This document shows positions 1-8,387 of a DNA stretch of 32,000 bases, one piece after another. Under the pieces are notes generated by a model, which had not been told where the DNA came from, made no database searches, and saw nothing but the letters and a program-made list of their open reading frames with translations. The position numbers were made by a program, and so were the translations under genes. Source of the DNA: Cylindrospermopsis raciborskii Cr2010 (GTDB taxonomy: Bacteria > Cyanobacteriota > Cyanobacteriia > Cyanobacteriales > Nostocaceae); assembly GCF_003367075.2 (NCBI RefSeq), contig NZ_CP065936.1, positions 720,001 through 752,000 on the forward strand, in the 5' to 3' direction. Every line of letters begins with the position of its first letter. The stretch's first letter is position 1.

Positions 1-393
1 GTTGATCATCCTTCCGTTGGTGATGATACCGGGGTTGTGGGATCAGAAATTATCCGCTTTGATCGCTGGAGTCAAGGAAATCGCACTCCCAAATGGCGAG
101 CAGTAATTCCCTATGACAATACAGGTCAACGAGAAGTATCTACTGCTGCTATGAGCGTAGCAGGAGATTATGTATTTGCTGTTACAGTTAAAACTGCGGA
201 GGTCTATGTTTATAGAAACGATACGGGAAAATTTGTGCGCAAATTTGGTCCAGGTCCAGAAGTCGGTAAGGAAAGTGGTTGGGTGGATATTCCCCATGGT
301 ATTCGAGCTTTTCGTCGTCGCAATGGTGAATACTTATTGTTTGTAGAGGAGAATAGAAATGGCAAGGTGATTATTTATCGGTTCCGTTTTTAA
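1..393 (+). CDS. Hypothetical protein, C-terminal fragment (CDS enters from the left edge)
   Basis: Frame 1 is open from base 1 (VDHPSVGDDTGVV...) to the stop at 391-393. The ORF track only starts at an internal GTG (37). I recognise no family motif. The alternating hydrophobic strands suggest a beta-rich fold. Confidence 0.45.
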   Translation, partial: VDHPSVGDDTGVVGSEIIRFDRWSQGNRTPKWRAVIPYDNTGQREVSTAAMSVAGDYVFAVTVKTAEVYVYRNDTGKFVRKFGPGPEVGKESGWVDIPHGIRAFRRRNGEYLLFVEENRNGKVIIYRFRF

Positions 394-481
394 AAACAAT
401 GACCATCTTCATATTCACATTCTGAATTTACACAATCAACAAATATCAGGTGTCTACATTCATTATCATAGTGAATAGGTT

Positions 482-598
482 GTTAAGTAGGTGAGTGGAA
501 TTAAACATAAGATGAACGTAGGTTGGGTTGAGGAACGAAACCCAACGCCCCCATGGGTTACCCTACCACTAACCCATCCTACAAATAATTGTGCCTCC
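482..598 (+). repeat. Dispersed intergenic repeat, copy A (with a nested insertion at 519-547)
   Basis: Apart from the 29-bp insert, bases 493-598 match the reverse complement of 13229-13305 with about 4 mismatches. It contains an 8-bp stem hairpin: ATGGGTTA-N9-TAACCCAT. Confidence 0.8.
519..547 (+). mobile_element. Nested 29-bp hairpin mini-element (cyanobacterial small-dispersed-repeat type)
   Basis: The sequence taGGTTGGGTTgaggaacgaAACCCAACg is present in copy A but absent from the otherwise collinear copy B. It has an 8-bp stem, GTTGGGTT/AACCCAAC. AACG occurs at both junctions. Confidence 0.55.
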
Positions 599-693
599 CT
601 ACTTAGCTAAATTCTGGCTTTAGCTATAACGCCTATGACCATGGGATTGATGTTCATTAACAAGTTGATCCGTAATTAATAAATGACGGTTTT

Positions 694-1497
694 ATGAGTA
701 GTTTTATGAGGAATATGCAAAAAACAACTTTGAGTAAATTACAAAGATTAATTCCCATTCATTTTTTAAGTACCATTCAGTATATCCATGCCTGTTTACT
801 TTCGCACTGGATTTTACGATGGGGGAGTCAACCAATAGCATTGACCACAGCACCAGTTATGGTTTTCTCCCCCCATCAGGATGATGAGACTTTTGGCTGC
901 GGGGGAATGATTGCTCGCAAACGACAACAGGCAATTAGGGTGGGAGTGGTGTTTCTTACCGATGGAAGAGGTTCCCATGGACTAGAACCTAATATCCAAA
1001 ATCAGGTTATGCAAATTCGTCAGCAGGAGTCCCTACAAGCATTAGAAATTTTGGGAGTTCCCCAAACAGAAATTAAGTTTTTAAATAGGGAGGATGGCAG
1101 TTTATTAGATTTGAATATTTCTCAAAAAAGACAACTGATCTCAGAAATAGTTACTTTGTTAAGAGATTATCAACCAGGTGAGGTTTATGTGCCTCATTTT
1201 AAGGATTGTCACAGAGATCACGAGGCTACATATTCTCTGGTAAAAGAGGCGATCGCCGAAAGTGGAATAAGCGTAGAACTTTTGCAGTACCCTATTTGGA
1301 TTTTTTGGAGAGCACCATTATTTATTCTGTTAAAATTACGGGATATTGCCCCAGCTTATAGATTATCAGTTGCACAAGTTCAATCTCAAAAACAACAGGC
1401 GATCGCCGCCTATTCTTCTCAAATATCCACTCTTCCTCGGGGCTTTATTAAGAGATTTTTACAAGCGGAAGAAATCTTCTTTAAAACGGAATATTAA
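694..1497 (+). CDS. PIG-L/LmbE family de-N-acetylase
   Basis: It has the signature VMVFSPHQDDETFGCGG (PIG-L HxDD motif) and a later HRDH. The start is uncertain (Met codons at 694, 706 and 715). Confidence 0.85.
   Translation: MSSFMRNMQKTTLSKLQRLIPIHFLSTIQYIHACLLSHWILRWGSQPIALTTAPVMVFSPHQDDETFGCGGMIARKRQQAIRVGVVFLTDGRGSHGLEPNIQNQVMQIRQQESLQALEILGVPQTEIKFLNREDGSLLDLNISQKRQLISEIVTLLRDYQPGEVYVPHFKDCHRDHEATYSLVKEAIAESGISVELLQYPIWIFWRAPLFILLKLRDIAPAYRLSVAQVQSQKQQAIAAYSSQISTLPRGFIKRFLQAEEIFFKTEY
1249..1256. repeat. HIP1 octamer GCGATCGC (representative instance)
   Basis: Exact GCGATCGC. Further exact copies start at 1399, 6849, 16831, 17770, 22527, 24482, 28943, 29106 and 31561. HIP1 over-representation is a cyanobacterial hallmark. 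Confidence 0.9.
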
Positions 1498-1542
1498 TTC
1501 TAGAGAAAATCAGTTTAAAAAAATACTGAGGAGTAAAAATAA

Positions 1543-2655
1543 ATGCGAATTTTACACTTAACTAACCATATTCAAAATGTTGGTAACGGTATTGTCAATG
1601 TGGCAGTAGATTTGGCTTGTTTACAAGCCACAGACGGTTTAGAAGTGGCAATTGCTTCCCTGGGAGGAGAATACGAAATACTCTTAGAAAAGTATGGTAT
1701 TTCTCACTTTGAATTAGACCAGTCCCGGAGAGTAACCAAGTTAATTAAGGCAGTTTATTCCTACCGGGACATAATTAAAAAATTTCAACCTGATATAGTT
1801 CATTGCCACATGATGACAGGAGTTTTACTAGCAGGAATTTTTAGAAATAATCATGAATATGGTTTAGTTGCTACAGTGCATAATGAATTCCAACGCAGTG
1901 CAATATTAATGGGATTAGCAGATCGGGTAATTGCAGTCAGTCATGCGGTGGCTAATTCGATGATCCGTCGTGGAATCCCATCCCGAAAATTGCGGGTAGT
2001 TGCTAATGGCACTTTGGGGAGTCCCAGACATAAAAAAATTCAAGAATATCAACCTATGAAATTACATCATCCAGCTATTACTACAGTAGCAGGAATGTAC
2101 ACGCGCAAAGGCATTAGTGAATTAATTCAAGCCTTTCAAATCATTGCCCAGGATTTTACTCAAGCTCATCTCTATATTGTGGGTGAAGGTCCCGATCGGA
2201 CTATGTTTGAAGCCATGGTACAAAAGTGTGGGGAACTTAAACATCGTATTCATTTTGAAGGATTTCAACCGGAACCACAAAGATATATGTTATCAACAGA
2301 TATCTTTGTTTTGGCTTCCCATTGTGAGTCATTTGGCTTGGTTCTCACGGAAGCTAGAGAAGCTGGTTGTGCTATTGTTGCTACTGATGTAGATGGCATT
2401 CCAGAAACTTTAGATTATGGTCAAGCAGGTATTTTAGTTCCTCCTCAAGATAGTCAAAGTTTGGCTTATGCTTTAATCCAACTTTTGAGGGATCGCCATA
2501 AGCTACAAGCTTGGAAATTACGTGGTCAACAAAATCTTCAAAGATTTAGCACCACACGTGTGAGTGAGGAAACTTTGAGCATATACCGGGAATTAAGCAA
2601 CAAATATAATGTCTTCTCCCCTATTGACACCAGGCAATTGGTAACGGGTAAGTAG
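1543..2655 (+). CDS. Glycosyltransferase family 4 (GT-B, retaining type)
   Basis: It has the C-terminal E-x7-E region SHCESFGLVLTEAREAGCAIVATDVDGIPE. A GAGGAG Shine-Dalgarno lies 10 nt upstream of the ATG. The gene starts 45 nt after the PIG-L gene. Confidence 0.9.
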   Translation: MRILHLTNHIQNVGNGIVNVAVDLACLQATDGLEVAIASLGGEYEILLEKYGISHFELDQSRRVTKLIKAVYSYRDIIKKFQPDIVHCHMMTGVLLAGIFRNNHEYGLVATVHNEFQRSAILMGLADRVIAVSHAVANSMIRRGIPSRKLRVVANGTLGSPRHKKIQEYQPMKLHHPAITTVAGMYTRKGISELIQAFQIIAQDFTQAHLYIVGEGPDRTMFEAMVQKCGELKHRIHFEGFQPEPQRYMLSTDIFVLASHCESFGLVLTEAREAGCAIVATDVDGIPETLDYGQAGILVPPQDSQSLAYALIQLLRDRHKLQAWKLRGQQNLQRFSTTRVSEETLSIYRELSNKYNVFSPIDTRQLVTGK

Positions 2656-2719
2656 CTTGGGGGATAATTTCAAAGTCTAGACTAAGCCACATTGTCATTT
2701 CTTAATCTCCTATATATAA

Positions 2720-3631
2720 CTATATATCAACTAGTTTTTTATGAGTCAAATGCATGGCAATTCCTTTTTCATAATAGGCAGCTTCATTAATAAAAACTGG
2801 ATAAACTGTAGACTCTCCTTGGTAAAAAATCTCTTGATTATCAAAGGTTAGAAAAATTGCATCACCGAAATTTAGTGGTTGATAATCTTTATATTCAAGT
2901 TGGGGATGAATCATCCCTTGGAGATCCCCCAATTCATTTCTGGGGTAGTCAACTGTACTCATAAATTCATAAACTTTTAGTTTCTTCCCATTGGACTTCT
3001 GATTAATGGAAATTTTACCTTGATTATAGTTTTCAAAAAAATCTAATATTGCATAAACGATTTTTGCTGTTTGTTGAAATAGTTGGGCATTTAAAACTCC
3101 TTGAGGGACAGGACCTACTTCTAAAGTGAAACCTAGTTCACTTAAAGAACGCAAAAAACCACCACTGGGTGTTTCTGGGTGAAAACATACTTTAATTAAG
3201 GGACTTATACTGGTTAAGTGAGCTATTAAAGTGAGCAATATGGGGTGCATACTATTAATGATCATACATAATCCCATATTGGCAGTGGTTGTATGTATGT
3301 CAATTATAGCATCTAATTTTTGGGGATGGTGTGGTTGCAGAAGTTGCCAAATTTCCTTAGCTCTTGATTCCTCATATATAGAAGTATTGGCATTGAATAA
3401 TATGTCTTTGGTAAAACAACGATTCAAATCTTTATCAACATATCTTCTCCCAGCATTAATAGCTGGGGTGTTACCAAGTAAACAGATGGTTTCAAAAGTT
3501 TCTCTCTCAATTAAATTTCCATACTTTTCAAAGGTTTTGACCAAATAAACTCCAATCAGTTCATTACCGTGAATTCCTCCTGCAATTATTACTCGACTGA
3601 TTTCACGATTAATTGGCTGGTATGCTAACAT
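2720..3631 (-). CDS. Aspartoacylase / succinylglutamate desuccinylase (AstE/AspA) family Zn-deacylase
   Basis: It has the Zn-ligand motifs IIAGGIHGNELIG and DIHTTTANMG. It starts 56 nt downstream of the Wzy-like gene on the same strand. Confidence 0.8.
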   Translation of the reverse strand: MLAYQPINREISRVIIAGGIHGNELIGVYLVKTFEKYGNLIERETFETICLLGNTPAINAGRRYVDKDLNRCFTKDILFNANTSIYEESRAKEIWQLLQPHHPQKLDAIIDIHTTTANMGLCMIINSMHPILLTLIAHLTSISPLIKVCFHPETPSGGFLRSLSELGFTLEVGPVPQGVLNAQLFQQTAKIVYAILDFFENYNQGKISINQKSNGKKLKVYEFMSTVDYPRNELGDLQGMIHPQLEYKDYQPLNFGDAIFLTFDNQEIFYQGESTVYPVFINEAAYYEKGIAMHLTHKKLVDI

Positions 3632-3687
3632 TTTGATGCCCTACTCTGATGTTTTTATCAGTCTAGCATCTTTGGTAGTTTGTTTTA

Positions 3688-5112
3688 TTAATAATGGTGT
3701 TTATAATATTTATGGGCAGCCATAGATACAGCTAAGAACCCCCACATAATCATACCCGCAACACCTAACATCCCGCTGTAAATAATTAACTGGGCACATG
3801 AACTTATGCCAATAGCACGAGCTGCACTGATAAAAACATCCCGTTTAGCTTCAGTACAGTTAATCACAGCAACCAGGATCAGGACTAATCCGCTAGTATA
3901 GGGTATGGCACCAAACCAACCCAGGGTAAAAAACATATCTAAAATGCCACTGTCAATGACAACAACTTCAATCTGTCCTGTCTTTTCATTTACCTTCCAA
4001 ATATTTCCTACTCCATTACCCAGAGGGGTAGAAAGTGCTAAGTTTAGATTCCTATCATAAGTTTTAGATCTGTCCTGAAAACTACTATCCTCTTCTAACT
4101 TGGAAAAACTTTCAAGCCGTGTGGTCACAACTTCAGAAATAGGTTTTATGGTGACTAAGGGTATAATACTAAGAACCATTATTAAAATGATTACTGCTAG
4201 GCGCATTTGAACTTTTGCTTTTACAGAACCTAGCATGATGAGAATTCCCAATAACCAACATCCCCAACTAGTGCGAACTTGTGACAGTAAAAATGACAAA
4301 TACCCTACCACTGAAGCAGGAAAAATTAAAGGTCCATAACTGGTAAATAGCAATAGTAATCCTGTTTGCATAACCGCACCGAAAGTACCTGGTGAGTGCA
4401 GGATACTCCAAACTCTCATGCCAAATGGTTTGGGAGATCCAGCACTGGTAAACATTTTTGACTCTACTAACCAAAATCTGTCCCACTCAGGAGCAAATAT
4501 AAATTGATATATCCCATAGGCTCCTATTAGTAAAACAGCCCAAATAAACACCCGTTGTATATTTTGGCGATAGCTGGGATAATCTCGCCAATTGATAAAT
4601 AAATGAAAGCCAAAAATAATTGGAGTAAACCAGTCTAAAAAGCCTCGGATAACTGATATTGGTTGATTGTAAAGCAGTCCAACTAACAATCCATAAATAA
4701 CAGCGATTAAGGCTAAGATAAACGGTAATCCCCCTTCTTTGAGAGCGCGAGGTAAGTTTTTAATTATCGAAGCAGTAGTTATCAGTACTACTAAATAAGG
4801 TGCTACTAAAATTTGACGGGTGGGATCCCAACCCACTCGATAATCTATTAATCTTGCTAATAATGGGGTAATAAACCATATCCACCAGGTAAAACCAAGA
4901 TAGAGAATGGAATGACGCAAATATAAAAATATTCCTACTAGAAGGGCGCTAACAGGAAAAATAATTCTTAGTAAGTTGGCAGCACCGACAAAATAACAGG
5001 TACTTATAAATAGAATAAAGGAAAAAATGATTACCCAACTTTGGGCTGATCTATCTTCCGGGGAATAGGAGGATTGTAAAAAGCTATTGAAAAGCAGTTG
5101 TTTGGAAGTCAC
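3688..5112 (-). CDS. O-antigen ligase/polymerase (Wzy_C-like) polytopic membrane protein
   Basis: It has about 10-12 hydrophobic segments. A large loop carries the RLESFSKLEEDSSFQDRSKTYDR...PLGNGVGNIW motif typical of the O-antigen ligase/polymerase family. GTG start, 5 nt after the upstream GT2 stop. Confidence 0.75.
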   Translation of the reverse strand: MTSKQLLFNSFLQSSYSPEDRSAQSWVIIFSFILFISTCYFVGAANLLRIIFPVSALLVGIFLYLRHSILYLGFTWWIWFITPLLARLIDYRVGWDPTRQILVAPYLVVLITTASIIKNLPRALKEGGLPFILALIAVIYGLLVGLLYNQPISVIRGFLDWFTPIIFGFHLFINWRDYPSYRQNIQRVFIWAVLLIGAYGIYQFIFAPEWDRFWLVESKMFTSAGSPKPFGMRVWSILHSPGTFGAVMQTGLLLLFTSYGPLIFPASVVGYLSFLLSQVRTSWGCWLLGILIMLGSVKAKVQMRLAVIILIMVLSIIPLVTIKPISEVVTTRLESFSKLEEDSSFQDRSKTYDRNLNLALSTPLGNGVGNIWKVNEKTGQIEVVVIDSGILDMFFTLGWFGAIPYTSGLVLILVAVINCTEAKRDVFISAARAIGISSCAQLIIYSGMLGVAGMIMWGFLAVSMAAHKYYKHHY

Positions 5113-5117
5113 TTTTT

Positions 5118-6074
5118 TTAGGAGTTGGAAATTATCAATTGATTGGTTTTATTGGTTTGCCATGCTTGCCAACGCCCAAGCAAAGAAGCGTGCAATTTTT
5201 TGTTAACAATTCTCCCTTGACTAGGTAAAAATCTTAACCATTGTACTATGCCTAAAGCATCTCTTGTTCCTATGAATATTGCCCATAATAAAAAAACGAT
5301 TTGTCTTAAAGGTGGCAAGTATTCTAGTAAAACTAGGGTTTCATTATGAACTAGGTTGGTTAGGGCAATTTCATTGAAATTTTCCCTCTGATCTTCATCA
5401 AAACGTGTGGCTGGGTAGTGATCTACTGCTATATGGGGATCATAAATTATTTTCCATCCCACACGTTTAAGAGCTAGGGTAAATGCCATTTCAAAATGTA
5501 CTTGAGCTCCTGTACCGCGCATCCTTTCATCAAAAGTTAGTTTCCCTATGGACTGGGTGCGAAAACTCATGTTTACACCTTTGAGAACATCTACTTCGCG
5601 AGCTTTTCCTGTTCCTAGATGATGATTACCAATAACCCTTCCAAACCACTGTACACGTCCCACAACCGCACGGGAATCTCCCTCCACCTTATCTCCCCTA
5701 TGTACCCAGTCTCTTCCACCTACTGCACCAATATCAGCATCTTTGGTGAAATGGGCAGTGATTTTTTCCAACCAGTCAGGATGGGGTGCAGCATCATCAT
5801 CGGTGATGGATAGGACATCACCATTGACAACTTTTAATCCAGTGTTCAGAGCTTGTACTACTCCTGGTTTGGTAACTGTAACTATTTGCAATGGTAGGTT
5901 ATCAGAAGATAGTTCACTTGGTAATTGATTTAAAAATTCCCAGGTCTGTGTATCCACATCCCTAACCACTATAATTATTTGATTAGCTGGTCTAGTTTGG
6001 GCTTGCAGTGCGACAAGGCAACGCCATAGATCGTGGGGACGACGATAAGTAGGGATAAGAACCGTATTGCGCAT
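5118..6074 (-). CDS. Glycosyltransferase family 2
   Basis: It has VLIPTYRRPHDL at the N-terminus and a DxD region SITDDDAAPHPDWL. Confidence 0.85.
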   Translation of the reverse strand: MRNTVLIPTYRRPHDLWRCLVALQAQTRPANQIIIVVRDVDTQTWEFLNQLPSELSSDNLPLQIVTVTKPGVVQALNTGLKVVNGDVLSITDDDAAPHPDWLEKITAHFTKDADIGAVGGRDWVHRGDKVEGDSRAVVGRVQWFGRVIGNHHLGTGKAREVDVLKGVNMSFRTQSIGKLTFDERMRGTGAQVHFEMAFTLALKRVGWKIIYDPHIAVDHYPATRFDEDQRENFNEIALTNLVHNETLVLLEYLPPLRQIVFLLWAIFIGTRDALGIVQWLRFLPSQGRIVNKKLHASLLGRWQAWQTNKTNQLIISNS

Positions 6075-7194
6075 TTTGGATTACTTCATTAAATAAATCT
6101 AAATAGTTTTGTGCCATTATCTTCCAGCTATATTGCTCAGCAATAGCACGAGCAGCCTTGCCCATTTTTTGACGTAACTGATAATCGCTTTTTAGCAATT
6201 CTAAAGACTGAGCTAGGCTATTTATATCATTGCAGTCAGCTAATACAATTCCACAAGCAGGGGTAACTAGATCTGCTGCACCTGTGCTTTTGGACGTAAT
6301 TACTGGTAAACCAGAAGCCATTGCTTCAATTACTACTAGTCCAAAAGGTTCATAACGGGAAGGAAATACAAAAAAATCTGCTGCTTTTTGCAGAAGTGGC
6401 ATATCTCGACGATAACCTAAAAAATGTACTCGTTGACCTAATTGTAATTTTTCTACCATTTTGGGATAGGGACTATTTTTAGTTTCTCCCACCACGGCTA
6501 AATGTAAATCGGGAACTTTTACTAAGGCCTGAAGTACCGTATCTAAATTTTTGCGGGAGATACGAATATCTCCTGCAAACATTGCTAAAGTGACATTTTT
6601 TGGTAAACCTAATTCCTCCCTTTCTATGCTTCCCGGTGTGAATTCTTCTAGGTCTACTCCATTGGCAATCACGCGAATTTTTCTGGGATCTACACCAATA
6701 TTTATTAGTTCCTCCGCCACTTTTGTGGAAACCGCTACCACAACTTTACTTTTGCGAAATGCCTGTTTTTCCCAATAGGAATTGATCCCGGTATATAGCC
6801 ACTGATATAAACCATATAGGTCTCGATGCTCTTGAGAAATATGTACAGGCGATCGCCACCAAGAGTTATGTACAAAATGCACAGCATTGACATCACTATT
6901 AACTCCAGTAATTGCACCATTAACTTTTACGATGTCAAACTCTCCCCGATGATCTCGTAACCAGCTGCCACTTTTTTGGGCAAAGACCAAATTACGAATG
7001 AATTCGGTGGGATATTTATGGACAATAATTGGAACCCAATCAACGGAAATACTGTCTGCTAGTTCAGGAGCGACTTCACTGGCCAATAATGTTAATTGAT
7101 GACCACGACGTAGCAATTCCATCGCTATTTCATAATTAACTCTACCCTGGCCATCACCTTTTCTAATCTTGTGGGTGACAATACAGATTTTCAC
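5992..7194 (-). CDS. Glycosyltransferase family 4
   Basis: It has FVFPSRYEPFGLVVIEAMASGLPVITS (E-x7-E). GTG start with a GAGG Shine-Dalgarno upstream. The 3' end overlaps the next GT2 by 83 nt. Confidence 0.85.
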   Translation of the reverse strand: MKICIVTHKIRKGDGQGRVNYEIAMELLRRGHQLTLLASEVAPELADSISVDWVPIIVHKYPTEFIRNLVFAQKSGSWLRDHRGEFDIVKVNGAITGVNSDVNAVHFVHNSWWRSPVHISQEHRDLYGLYQWLYTGINSYWEKQAFRKSKVVVAVSTKVAEELINIGVDPRKIRVIANGVDLEEFTPGSIEREELGLPKNVTLAMFAGDIRISRKNLDTVLQALVKVPDLHLAVVGETKNSPYPKMVEKLQLGQRVHFLGYRRDMPLLQKAADFFVFPSRYEPFGLVVIEAMASGLPVITSKSTGAADLVTPACGIVLADCNDINSLAQSLELLKSDYQLRQKMGKAARAIAEQYSWKIMAQNYLDLFNEVIQNAQYGSYPYLSSSPRSMALPCRTASPN

Positions 7195-7390
7195 TTCTCA
7201 CCTCAAACTTCTAGTTGTTCTAGTCCTAAAAACTTCTGCTAATTTTTTTACCATTATCTGTTATAAAACTAATACAGGAATAAACCTACAAATTAACGGA
7301 ACTGAAAAATCATCTCCCAAAATTTGTTTATTTGGTCTATGCTACGATTATATAAAAAATCTGGCTAAGATCAAGATTAATGTCTAATCT

Positions 7391-8383
7391 TCATGAATTA
7401 CTGCTCAAAAATTTATTAATTAATTTTGGATGAAAGAAACTAATTAATAAGGCAATAATAGTCCGGAAATTCAATCTTCCTTGCCGTAAAACTTCCCAAA
7501 AATAAGAACGTGCCGCAGATGGTTGATTTTCTCTTATCAGTCCAATACCTAGTGTTGTATGTGCTTCTAACCATAATTTTTTAAAGTGATTATAGAAAGA
7601 CTGTAAATGGGGGTCATTCATAAATATCTTATAACAGAAAATTTCACTTTCAGCCTTGCTGATTTTTGCTTTTACATTGCGTCTACCACTGAGCATAGTT
7701 TCCGTTTGTTCATGTTCGCGATAGTAAGTTAGTTTTTCTGGGACATAGTAAGCACCATAGCCAGATACAGAGGATAAATATGTCAAATATAAGTCCCACA
7801 TTCCTCCTACCTGCAAGGGAATAGCATCCCAATTAATCAAACCATTACGAATTACACAAGCAGCAGCGGTGGGGATACTTTTATCGACTAATCCCATTTT
7901 TAAAAAATTCCTATGTATTCCAAGGGATATTTGATCTCGTTTATAAGCACGAGAACTTTTCTGGGTGGCATCAAGATTGATTTGACCATTAGCATCTATA
8001 ATATATTGGTCACAAAAAGCAAGAATCAAATCCGAATTGTTCTCCAAATGTGGTATGAGTGTGGCAAGAAAATCAGGATGCCATAGGTCATCATCATGGA
8101 GAGTAGCGATATATTTACCCCGTGCCATTTTGAGAGCATGAATCTGATTTTTGAGCATCCCTACATTTTGTGGGTGTTGCCAAAATCTGATCCGTGGATC
8201 ACAAAAATCAGCTACTAAATTTGCTGGACTTTCTGGACTACAATTATCCGAAACAATAATTTCAATATTCTGATATGTTTGAAGAGCAGCACTGAAAATT
8301 GCTTGTTTGAGATATTGAGGACGATTATAAGTAGGGATAATCACACTAACTAAGGGTGGTAGTAAGTCAGAAGTTATGGACAT
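7391..8383 (-). CDS. Glycosyltransferase family 2
   Basis: It has VSVIIPTYNRPQYLKQAI...IIVSDNCS and a DxD region ATLHDDDLWHPDFL. Confidence 0.85.
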   Translation of the reverse strand: MSITSDLLPPLVSVIIPTYNRPQYLKQAIFSAALQTYQNIEIIVSDNCSPESPANLVADFCDPRIRFWQHPQNVGMLKNQIHALKMARGKYIATLHDDDLWHPDFLATLIPHLENNSDLILAFCDQYIIDANGQINLDATQKSSRAYKRDQISLGIHRNFLKMGLVDKSIPTAAACVIRNGLINWDAIPLQVGGMWDLYLTYLSSVSGYGAYYVPEKLTYYREHEQTETMLSGRRNVKAKISKAESEIFCYKIFMNDPHLQSFYNHFKKLWLEAHTTLGIGLIRENQPSAARSYFWEVLRQGRLNFRTIIALLISFFHPKLINKFLSSNS

Positions 8384-8387
8384 GTTG

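Noticed and set aside
1346-1561. A 71-aa plus-strand ORF bridging the PIG-L and GT4 genes, and an 82-aa ORF at 2144-2392
   Set aside because: They are out of frame within or overlapping well-supported genes, are Lys/Asn-rich with low complexity, and lack motifs.
7169-7387. A 72-aa plus-strand ORF filling the 196-nt gap between two minus-strand glycosyltransferase genes
   Set aside because: It has AT-rich spacer composition and no ribosome-binding site, and it runs opposite to the operon. The gap is more plausibly an internal promoter region.
7462-7467. TCCGGA hexamers (DIF-type heterocyst promoter motif) at 7462, ~14925, ~15230, ~18473, ~23684, ~27846 and ~28906
   Set aside because: Every occurrence is intragenic, and none sits about 35 nt upstream of a plausible transcription start in a spacer. 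A palindromic 6-mer is expected to occur this often by chance.
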